DNA of 63,927 bases, the filler included, from Chlamydiia bacterium (GTDB lineage Bacteria; Chlamydiota; Chlamydiia; Chlamydiales; FEN-1388): the NCBI GenBank assembly GCA_903848235.1. It is 9 parts of 9 records of this genome, joined end to end, with 100 filler letters (N's around TTAATTAATTAA, not from the genome) between each part and the next. Parts side by side here need not be neighbours in the genome. Positions count along the whole stretch, not along the records: positions 29,038 to 50,495 come from CAINFV010000053.1; positions 50,596 to 53,230 come from CAINFV010000054.1; positions 53,331 to 59,982 come from CAINFV010000056.1; 6 more parts are not named here. One strand, written 5' to 3'. Under the pieces are notes generated by a model that searched no databases, had not been told where the DNA came from, and worked only from the letters and a program-made list of their open reading frames with translations. Below, piece after piece: positions 49,518 through 57,849 of this stretch (positions are counted from its first letter, which is position 1; each line of letters begins with the position of its first letter). The translations under genes were made by a program, and so were the position numbers.

Positions 49518-50495
49518 ATGAACACAAAATCATTCACTGTAGCAGCGTTTCTGATATTTATCGCCGTGATCTACGGCCTTATGACATGGACAGCCTCTTC
49601 AGATCGATCGCTAGAAGAAAAAGGATTTTCTCTTGGCGTCGAGGGCTATATTTATGGATATCCCCTTGTGGTGATGGATGCCGCAAAACAGGCTCAGACA
49701 CAGGCTAATGACGTAGCATCGGACGCCATCATCAATACCTTCCAGCACTACCGAGAACAGATTCCTTCCAATAACGCGCATGCAAAAAGCCCGAACCTCG
49801 ACACACTCTTAAGCACCGCATGGCTTGATCTATCTACAGGGCCACTTCTTTTTCATATCCCAGATACCACAGGACGGTACTATTTTATCGAGATGCTCGA
49901 TGGGTGGACCTCTCTTTTCGCAAACCCTGGGACGAGAACAATAGGGTCGAAATCCACCGATTACGTCATCGTCGGCCCGGACTGGCAAGAAGTCATTCCT
50001 CCTGATATGCCGCAACTAAAAGCCTCAACGAATATGGCCTTGATCTCGCTCCATATTCAGTGTTTTGGCGCTGACGACTATGCCGCTGCTCAGGCTCTCC
50101 AAGATCAGTTTTCACTCGCCCCCATGGGATCATCGACGGTTTTTCCTCCAGTACTCATCGCCTCTGCTCCTCCATCTACCCCTTCTGCCGCCTTAGTGTC
50201 AGACATGACACCACGAAAGTATTTCGACACCTTCGAGAGGCTGCTCGTCACCAATCCGCCATCACCTGCCGATAGCCTGATCATGGAACAGCTTTCCTCT
50301 GTCGAAGTCTTCCAAGACAGGGTGCCCGAACGGATGGAGCGAGATCCAGCGACACAACGTGGCCTTGACCGCTCAGCTCCCGCAGCACTAGAGAAGATCC
50401 GCGCCGCCATCCCTTCGACATACAAGATGGTGAATGGCTGGGAAACGCTCACCACAGAGATTGGAACCTATGGCACGAACTATCTCTTACGAGCC
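49518..50495 (+). CDS. DUF1254-domain exported protein (3' partial)
   Basis: YIYGYPLV, PNLDTL..AWLDLS.GP, GRYY, GTYGTNYLLRA. Confidence 0.88.
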
Positions 50496-50595
50496 NNNNN
50501 NNNNNNNNNNNNNNNNNNNNNNNNNNNNNNNNNNNNNNNTTAATTAATTAANNNNNNNNNNNNNNNNNNNNNNNNNNNNNNNNNNNNNNNNNNNN
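50496..50595. other. Artificial contig linker
   Basis: N44-TTAATTAATTAA-N44. Confidence 0.99.
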
Positions 50596-51072
50596 ACCCT
50601 ATGGACGGAGATAGAGGAGGCTGTTGAGAATCTGGATGTTGTATATGACAAAGTTCGCTTGTATCAAGATGGGCTTCCTATATGTGGTCGCGAAATCGAG
50701 ATAGTAAATGAATTGGCAAAAACAAAGAATTGCAATTATATACTTCTTCTCCGCTTGATGAAGAAAGGCGCCATACTAATGGGAACAGAATCGCCGGAAC
50801 TTTTACTACAGGAATATGAACATATAAAAAAAGCTATGGCCGCCAACAGCGCTTCAAAAGACGTTGAAATTACGGAGTATCAGGAAAAGTCCAGTAACAT
50901 ACTCCTCAAAGAACGCGACAAATTTATTGCCAACCAGATAAATACTACTCTCAACACTGGAGAAACAGGGATTCTTTTCTTGGGTATGCTTCATTCATTA
51001 CAAAGGTATCTTGATGCAGACATCCACGTCATCTATCCTCATAGGCAAGGAAGCAATCTAAAAATAAGTTGA
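50596..51072 (+). CDS. Conserved hypothetical protein (5' partial), possibly ChaN/TraB-like fold
   Basis: LYQDGLP, GTESPELL, RDKFIA..I...L...ILFLGMLH. Confidence 0.6.
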   Translation, partial: TLWTEIEEAVENLDVVYDKVRLYQDGLPICGREIEIVNELAKTKNCNYILLLRLMKKGAILMGTESPELLLQEYEHIKKAMAANSASKDVEITEYQEKSSNILLKERDKFIANQINTTLNTGETGILFLGMLHSLQRYLDADIHVIYPHRQGSNLKIS

Positions 51073-51090
51073 CATTTCGATCGTGCTTAT

Positions 51091-51253
51091 AGCGACTGTA
51101 AAAGAATAACATGTACAAGTTGGGTGAGCGAGGCGGTCGAGATGTCGAGGATCGTAACAAGCCCCATAGCGTACTATGGGCGAGGAGGCGATCTATCGGC
51201 AGATCGATGGCCGCAGCCAGCCAACTTGTACATGTTATTTTTTTACAGTCCCT
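51091..51253. repeat. 163-bp palindromic element, family C (complete)
   Basis: 30-bp inverted repeat 51094-51123/51221-51250 with one mismatch; core CCCATAG-CGTA-CTATGGG-CGAGGAG. Confidence 0.88.
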
Positions 51254-51255
51254 TA

Positions 51256-51374
51256 AGACAGTCGAGGGCCGAAGGCCCGAGCTTTGACAAGAATGCCGCT
51301 TATTTGTGGCCTGATAGCGAAACTGCTTGGAGGCATTCTTGTCAAAAGTCCTGGCATAAGCTCACCGCACTGTC
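51256..51374. repeat. Second palindromic element (family D) adjoining family C
   Basis: GACAGT...ACTGTC ends; perfect 15-bp IR TTTGACAAGAATGCC at 51283-51297/51332-51346; GGGCC-GAA-GGCCC hairpin. Confidence 0.6.
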
Positions 51375-51403
51375 AAAACGCTTTGTCGTCAAAAAAAATA
51401 ATT

Positions 51404-53131
51404 GTAACAGTTCAGATACCCCTCCTTCGTCGGGGCATCTAAATGATATGGATTGTGTGACGGTCTCCTGCGGGTCAACTTCTCTATGAAGCCCCTAACA
51501 ACCGAGGAGATCCCTTTATCGCATCAGCCAATGAATCCCAGATATTCCAGCCTTGCTTGCGTGCTGTTGAAATATAGCTGCGAATGCGGCAAAAAATCTG
51601 ACCCCCATGGAACTTACGAAAACAACCGGATATCTTTTGCTTCAGCTTGACCATGCGAACATCTTGTTCGGCTTGGTTGTTCGTAAAAGGCACCGAGAAG
51701 TCGTATATAAACCGAAGGACGCAGCTTCGCTTTTCCTTCAGCCGATCTAGTAAATTTTTGCCATCGCGTTGTTTCTGCCTTCCTCGCTCACTTTTAGGCA
51801 AGGGAAGGAGTGATGAATGATATGCCAACCCCTTGGCAAGGATCTGTCCGTATGTTTGTTCCAACTGGAGCAACACTTCAGCAGGCAATACCCCCTGCTC
51901 AAAATGGTTTTCCACCTCTTGCTTTGCGCGAAGGAGAAGATCTTTCATGCTCTTTGCCCAATCTTCCTTGACCTCCTCATAGATAAATGTAAGCTCTCGC
52001 AGATGGTGCGAATTGCATAATCCGTGGGACATGTGCTGATAAGAAAAGTAGGGAAACCAATGATCGTGCACGGCTATCCCTTTAAACCGAGGTAAAATAT
52101 CCGCCTCGTTCATTGCTTCTTGGCCGCGTTTTGGATGTATGGTATAGAGGGTTGCAAATTGCGAAGAGGCTACGTGCACCCAATAGAGTTTTTTCTCGCA
52201 TCTCATTCCGGTTTCATCGAAGTGCAAAACTCGGGCGGCTAATAGGTGTGCTTTTAGATCGCTTTCGAATGCTTCGAGCTTTTGGAAAAGTCTTTCGTCG
52301 ACATTTGAGCAGGTACCTGGAGAAAGAGCGACGCCAAAAACATCCTCAAAGATTTCGCATACCCGGTCTACCGGTATGTAATGTTGATTAGCAAAGTATG
52401 CCGCAAGCGCTTGAACTCTCTCACCGTATTGAACAGGTCCTCTAACGCCTTCTGGAAATGTCGCCCTAGTACTCTTTCCACAACAAGGGCATTTTTTCTC
52501 TTCAACGCGATGTTCTGTCACTTCGACTTTAGGTTGAGGAATCTCAAAGACTTGACGCTTTTCTACACAAGAGCCGTTGACCTTGCCAAGGTTTGATCCG
52601 CATCCATGACAGCTTGCTGGAGCATGGGTAACGATTAAATCTGGATTTTCAACCTGCGAGAGTCCTTTTCCAACGCGCCCTTGTTGGCCGCCAGGTTTTT
52701 TGTCTGATTTGCCTCGCTGACTTTTTGTCTTTCGCCTCAAACCATCGCTGCTAGGGGGCTTGCTGCTGTTGGAACTGTCTTTTGCAAGACGAGCTTCTAG
52801 ATTACAAACACGGGCCTGCAGTTGCTGGATTGTTGACTCGAGGTATCGAATATAGGCACGAACGGACGGTGGGAGAGCGTCAAAAACCTCACCGGAAAGA
52901 GTCGGTAGGGAATCGGAAAAAGGTGGTGTAGAACTTGTTGAGTCTGAATTCATGCCGACAGGCTAGCAGAAACATCGAGCAAAAAGGAATTAAAACTTTA
53001 ACGGAGAAGGATGTTTTTCAGGGGCCGGTTTTAGCTGTGGAGGCCTCATAGGGAAGCTGATACGTAAGGAGCCGTCACATAATCCATATCATTTAGATGC
53101 CCCGACGAAGGAGGGGTATCTGAACTGTTAC
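51404..53131 (-). mobile_element. IS66-family element, single-ORF (ISBst12-like) type
   Basis: GTAA...TTAC termini; TIR perfect for 51 bp and 59/60 over 60 bp. Confidence 0.92.
51484..52953 (-). CDS. IS66-family transposase
   Basis: SSNSSKPPSSD, zinc ribbon, HFDETG, CNSHHLREL, FTNNQAEQDVRMVKLKQKISG. Confidence 0.95.
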   Translation of the reverse strand: MNSDSTSSTPPFSDSLPTLSGEVFDALPPSVRAYIRYLESTIQQLQARVCNLEARLAKDSSNSSKPPSSDGLRRKTKSQRGKSDKKPGGQQGRVGKGLSQVENPDLIVTHAPASCHGCGSNLGKVNGSCVEKRQVFEIPQPKVEVTEHRVEEKKCPCCGKSTRATFPEGVRGPVQYGERVQALAAYFANQHYIPVDRVCEIFEDVFGVALSPGTCSNVDERLFQKLEAFESDLKAHLLAARVLHFDETGMRCEKKLYWVHVASSQFATLYTIHPKRGQEAMNEADILPRFKGIAVHDHWFPYFSYQHMSHGLCNSHHLRELTFIYEEVKEDWAKSMKDLLLRAKQEVENHFEQGVLPAEVLLQLEQTYGQILAKGLAYHSSLLPLPKSERGRQKQRDGKNLLDRLKEKRSCVLRFIYDFSVPFTNNQAEQDVRMVKLKQKISGCFRKFHGGQIFCRIRSYISTARKQGWNIWDSLADAIKGSPRLLGAS

Positions 53132-53230
53132 CTTTTTTGAAACAAAATCGATTCTCCACGGTCAATTACGCAAACGACATCGCAGCAATCATATAAAGTT
53201 CTGAAAGCCTTTTTTTTAAGATATTGGCCA

Positions 53231-53330
53231 NNNNNNNNNNNNNNNNNNNNNNNNNNNNNNNNNNNNNNNNNNNNTTAATTAATTAANNNNNNNNNNNNNN
53301 NNNNNNNNNNNNNNNNNNNNNNNNNNNNNN
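53231..53330. other. Artificial contig linker
   Basis: N44-TTAATTAATTAA-N44. Confidence 0.99.
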
Positions 53331-53356
53331 AAAACATGGAGGAGTAACCATGTCCG
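53331..53356 (+). mobile_element. Possible right end of an IS110/IS1111-group element
   Basis: GGAGGAGTAACCAT at a contig start resembles the IS1111-type subterminal IR (GGGAG-n-ACCAT); short match only. Confidence 0.3.
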
Positions 53357-53613
53357 ACACCTCCTAAGGGGCCGCTCAAGGAAGCGCTCTGGTTTTTGAG
53401 GTGTCAGTATTGTGAGGCCCTGGGGCCTTCGAGATAGCCCTTCTCGAGACAGGTGTGGTGTGTCAATTTTTCCAGCTCGACTCCGAAGTCGCCAAAAAAC
53501 TCATGAAAAAATTTATTCACGGGAGCTACTGAATACTGGCCTCTGCAGTTTACTTTTTTCAAACTTCACCGTATCATTACGTTCCTTGGCTTTTGTTCTG
53601 TGAGGAGAATATT

Positions 53614-54594
53614 GTGAAAGGTGGGATACGATTTGGCATAGTCATAGGTCTGCTGCTCGGAGGCACATCCCTCCATGGCGCCTACCTTTTTAAAAATGGC
53701 CGCTTCTATAATCAGAAGGATATTGCCACGCTCTCTATCGAAGAGCATTACCAACGTGGTATCGATGCCCTCAAAGCACAACAGTGGGATGTTGCGTTCC
53801 AGCAATTTCATATTATTACTGTCAGCTTTGATGGAGCCTCTTTAGCTCAAGATGCCCAATACTACCTTGGCGTTTCCCTCTACGAACTTCATGACTACGA
53901 CATCGCCAATAAAGAATTCACAACATACCTCAAAAAAACAAACGCTCCAGCCCATCTAGAAGACGTATATCGCTATAAGCTTGCCATCGCTCAAAAGCTC
54001 GCTGCCGGCGCTTTCTGCCATCTCTTCGGCTTCAACTCCCTCCCTAAACTACAAACAGGACGCTCACAAGCCCTCGAGATATTCGACGAGGTAGCCTCAG
54101 GGCTTCCTAATCACGACCTGGCAGCTACCGCCCTCCTTGGAAAAGCAAAACTTCTAAAATATGAAGAAGAATATGCTGAAGCCATAGAAGTCTACCAAGC
54201 GGCTATTCGACGGTTTCCTGGGTCTGCCTTCGCTCTAAAAGCCTATCAAGGTATCTCTGCCTGCTTTCTCGATGAGATCCAACGCCAACCACAGAATGTC
54301 GATGCCATCGCTTTGGCTGAGATCAACCTCAAAGAACTTACTAAGGACTTCCCAGAGGCAAAAGAGCTCAAAGTCGTCGATACAAATGTCGCTTCGGTCA
54401 AAGAGCTGCATGTCAAAGCTCTGTATGAGACAGGACTGTTGTACGAGAGGATGTCGCAGCCAAAAGCTGCAGTTCTCTACTACCATCTTGCCCTGACGAA
54501 GTTCCCTACGTCGTCCATAGCCCCTTTATGTCGTGAACGCATCAAGGAATTATCTACGTATGCCGAAGAACTCCATGTGGCACTGCCATCGTGA
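53614..54594 (+). CDS. BamD-like TPR outer-membrane assembly protein
   Basis: Signal peptide; TPR repeats (AQYYLG, YETGLLYERM..PKAAVLYY...FP); GAGGAG RBS before GTG. Confidence 0.75.
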   Translation: MKGGIRFGIVIGLLLGGTSLHGAYLFKNGRFYNQKDIATLSIEEHYQRGIDALKAQQWDVAFQQFHIITVSFDGASLAQDAQYYLGVSLYELHDYDIANKEFTTYLKKTNAPAHLEDVYRYKLAIAQKLAAGAFCHLFGFNSLPKLQTGRSQALEIFDEVASGLPNHDLAATALLGKAKLLKYEEEYAEAIEVYQAAIRRFPGSAFALKAYQGISACFLDEIQRQPQNVDAIALAEINLKELTKDFPEAKELKVVDTNVASVKELHVKALYETGLLYERMSQPKAAVLYYHLALTKFPTSSIAPLCRERIKELSTYAEELHVALPS

Positions 54595-55228
54595 TATCAG
54601 AGACTATCTCTGTGCGTTTCTCCTTTTAGGAGTAGCCACCGGGTGCTCGACCTGGCATCTTGCAGATAGCATGTCAACCAACCATCAAGTAACTGTGTGC
54701 ATACCCTACGTCCAGGGCGATGCCACCGGAGAGCTGACGTCACGACTCGTCGAAGCTGTCAGTGATCAGCCTGGATTTCGCGTTGATGAATCTGGAAAGT
54801 ATCTGCTTCGTGTCAAGCTTCTCAATACAAGAGAAGAGAAAATAGGATTTCGGTACGACCCGAAGAAACTCCGAGATGGCGAAAAAGATCTTATCTTAAG
54901 CGAAACTCGCGCCAAGTCTCTTGCAGAAGTATCTCTTGTCGACCGCTATACCAATGAAATAATTGCAGGCCCTGCCTATATCCTTGGAAACATCGAATAC
55001 GACCATCAAGAAAACACGATCGACAGCAATATTAATGATCTGTCATTAGGGCAGCTCAGTGATATCGATACCGCTCAGGATGTTACCTATATCCCTCAAG
55101 ATCGGGATCTCTCACAAAAAATCAGCCTGTGGTTACAAAACCAACAGGACCTCGCCTCATATTCAAGTAATGCCCTCTCTTCTGCAGAGCCGCCTACAAG
55201 CACTCTGCCTACTGAAGGAACGTCCTAA
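54575..55228 (+). CDS. Putative lipoprotein, LptE-like
   Basis: Lipobox VATGC; overlaps the BamD-like gene; VCIPYV..D..GELT..L pattern. Confidence 0.55.
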   Translation: MWHCHRDIRDYLCAFLLLGVATGCSTWHLADSMSTNHQVTVCIPYVQGDATGELTSRLVEAVSDQPGFRVDESGKYLLRVKLLNTREEKIGFRYDPKKLRDGEKDLILSETRAKSLAEVSLVDRYTNEIIAGPAYILGNIEYDHQENTIDSNINDLSLGQLSDIDTAQDVTYIPQDRDLSQKISLWLQNQQDLASYSSNALSSAEPPTSTLPTEGTS

Positions 55229-55377
55229 CTTTCTTTGCCTCTAAGATCCGTTTCGAGCAGCAGGCTTATGAAATCTTTACAAAACTCTGGCACAAATATC
55301 AGCTTTACGGAATCCAGCCTCCGAAGTTGAGCTTGCAATACCGTCGTCCCCAACCCCTTTGAATCGAGGAAAAGGAC

Positions 55378-57645
55378 ATGCTTCCCATATCGCAGACAGT
55401 ATCCCCCTTTCTCAAGGCGCTGCAGTCAGGAGCGTCAATTGGCGTCACCACAGATGGCATGTGGTATGAAAAGGGGATTATTAGGCGTATTGTCGACATC
55501 TTCAAGGGTATTTTTTTCGGCTATGATGAGTCCTACGAAAATGCAAAAAACCTTGCCGCCTCACTCACATCTGTCACTAAAGTAACTTCCGACCAGATCC
55601 GAGGGCTGAGCCAGCCTGCCACCTGGAATCCAGAAGCCCTAGCAACCGTCGTTCAAGCTGTCAAAGCGACGCTCCAAAGAAAAGTCAAAAAAGAAGAAGA
55701 ACAGATTGAGGCTCTCAAGATAAAAAGAGATGCCCTCAAAACCTCTTTGCCAGCCTCTTCCCCTCGCACCCCCATCGTAGAACTCAACAAAAAGATTTGT
55801 AATCCAGAATCATGGGGCTACCGTTTCGCAGCAGCTAACCTTGATCGCGCCTGTCTGATGCATCGATACTTAGGAATGGATCAGCGAGCCATTGACGCCA
55901 CAACAGCAGAAAGAGAAGATATTGATTGGCTCAGAGGAGAGCTTCTCGCCTGGCAAAAAGAACAGTTTCCCCATGTAGAGTACCTCTCTGAAGATGGAAG
56001 CGGCGACTTTTCAGAAGCCCTTCTAGAACAGTGTCCGACCTTCGATGACTTCTACCAACGGGTGCAAGCCTCGCCATCGCTCCTTACGCAATGCGCTTCC
56101 CAGTCGACCTCTATCCCCAAGGATGCCGATCTCTCTTCCCCAAATGTCAAACGACACCTTCGTGCCACCTTCCTCTCATGGCAAAAAAATCACGCTGTCA
56201 AAGAGAAGATCCGCCATTGCTGCCGCTATACAGGGTTCATCGCTGCAGCACGCAGCAACAGAGCACTGCTCGACATGTGCTTTCAGTCCGTCTTCAAAAG
56301 CATGCCCGATGAGTTCACCAACGCCATCGACATCTTCCTCCAAGCTCCTCAGATCCAAGAGCAGCTGCGAAAGACCTTCCTCGATAAGAGGATACGTGAG
56401 GTAGCAAATCGCGGCTTACGGTTCGTTCAATATGCTCAAGAAGCACAAGGAAAACCTATCAAAGGCGTTCACCTCCTCATCGATGGCGAGTATCAGCCTA
56501 TCACCGATGAAACAGCACAGGTGAGAGTCGCTCGAGGTGTGAATAAAACTGTCGCTCAGGTCTTTGAAGAGTTCGAAGCGCAGAACTTCAGATTCATTGA
56601 ACTTGAGTATCTTCAAGATACAGGTATCACCCAGTTCGACGGCCGTCTTTTGAAATTTGACATGGATAAGCCAGAATGGTGGAAAGAGCTTCCCGTCATC
56701 AAACGCATGACAAGAGAGCAGATAGAAGACGCCTATGACGTCAATTTTCAAGAAGGGCATGCCTTCTTTGCCATCCGCGCCTCGCGTACCACGCCAGACC
56801 TTAACGGAGCTGACAACCACGGATGGTCAGACCTGCTCATCCCCCTTCCAGACGGTACCTTTAACTGTCTCTCTCTTGGCAAGTTTTCAAATTGGTTTCC
56901 AGTGACGCTCATGGAGACTTTTAACCATGTGTTTCATACCCACGAGGCCAATGTAACGGTCCTCGACACCAATAGCTTCATGAGCAGCAGAGACCGCACT
57001 GCCGTCCCTCTTCCCCCCATCACCAAAGAGCAGTTCCCTGAGATCATGAAAAATCTCAAAGAAGAGTTTCTCCGCTCACGGCGAGGGGAGCTGATCTTCC
57101 AAGCACAGGGAGATAACTGCGCTTCATGGGTACGCCATTTCATCCAACGAAACTGGCCGGGGTTAGACATCGAACCGTACCAAACGCCATTCCAGGATCT
57201 CACCCTCCCGACGATCTTCATGCCCCTGATCTGGACTCGAAACTTTTTCCCCAATGATGCGATGTGGCATTGGTTCCGACGTAGCTTCTGCTCTCTCTTC
57301 GGCGCCCTCTCCTATCACCAGATGCCGCAAAGCGCAGGAGAGCCGCGAAAGATACGTCTCTTAGACAATCACGATTGGAGCCGGGGGATCCTTCAGATTC
57401 CTTCTCGTCTTTGGATAGAGCGTGACAGAGTCCTCGCCAGGGTCAATGATTATATGCAAGGACAGCTGGCAGCGAGGGGCATTAAACAGCAAGCTCCCAT
57501 TGAAGCCCTCGCTCATTGCCCGGTTCATCTCGATGGTCACCACGACCTACATCAAAGCGAGCACCATCAAGCTCGTTTCCCTGCATGCCACCCGCTGTCT
57601 GCCCCGATCATCGCTCCCGTGGCACAATCAGCCTGTTATCAGTGA
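55378..57645 (+). CDS. Large hypothetical protein; candidate effector with His...NC motif
   Basis: 755-aa ORF with AAGGA RBS; NHGW and DNCASW motifs. Confidence 0.75.
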   Translation: MLPISQTVSPFLKALQSGASIGVTTDGMWYEKGIIRRIVDIFKGIFFGYDESYENAKNLAASLTSVTKVTSDQIRGLSQPATWNPEALATVVQAVKATLQRKVKKEEEQIEALKIKRDALKTSLPASSPRTPIVELNKKICNPESWGYRFAAANLDRACLMHRYLGMDQRAIDATTAEREDIDWLRGELLAWQKEQFPHVEYLSEDGSGDFSEALLEQCPTFDDFYQRVQASPSLLTQCASQSTSIPKDADLSSPNVKRHLRATFLSWQKNHAVKEKIRHCCRYTGFIAAARSNRALLDMCFQSVFKSMPDEFTNAIDIFLQAPQIQEQLRKTFLDKRIREVANRGLRFVQYAQEAQGKPIKGVHLLIDGEYQPITDETAQVRVARGVNKTVAQVFEEFEAQNFRFIELEYLQDTGITQFDGRLLKFDMDKPEWWKELPVIKRMTREQIEDAYDVNFQEGHAFFAIRASRTTPDLNGADNHGWSDLLIPLPDGTFNCLSLGKFSNWFPVTLMETFNHVFHTHEANVTVLDTNSFMSSRDRTAVPLPPITKEQFPEIMKNLKEEFLRSRRGELIFQAQGDNCASWVRHFIQRNWPGLDIEPYQTPFQDLTLPTIFMPLIWTRNFFPNDAMWHWFRRSFCSLFGALSYHQMPQSAGEPRKIRLLDNHDWSRGILQIPSRLWIERDRVLARVNDYMQGQLAARGIKQQAPIEALAHCPVHLDGHHDLHQSEHHQARFPACHPLSAPIIAPVAQSACYQ

Positions 57646-57724
57646 AAACTATACCGCTTCTTGTTCAAGAGTCGGCTTGACGCTTAAGAAAAAGCTTTGC
57701 TCGTATCAAGGAGCAGGGCTTTTC

Positions 57725-57748
57725 GCTTTAAAACCCGGGTTTTAAAGC
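57725..57748. promoter_or_regulatory. Perfect 24-bp palindrome, possible operator or terminator
   Basis: GCTTTAAAACCC|GGGTTTTAAAGC, ~100 bp upstream of the next gene. Confidence 0.35.
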
Positions 57749-57849
57749 CACCCCTTGCTAGACGCCGCGTCCTACAGTCCTCCTATCGACAGTAATGCCT
57801 CTTTTCCGTTACAAGTAAAATTAATTATGTATTTTTGAAGGAGGCCTTC

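Noticed and set aside
51124..51489. 121-aa ORF upstream of IS66
   Set aside because: Composed entirely of palindromes C and D and the IS66 TIR.
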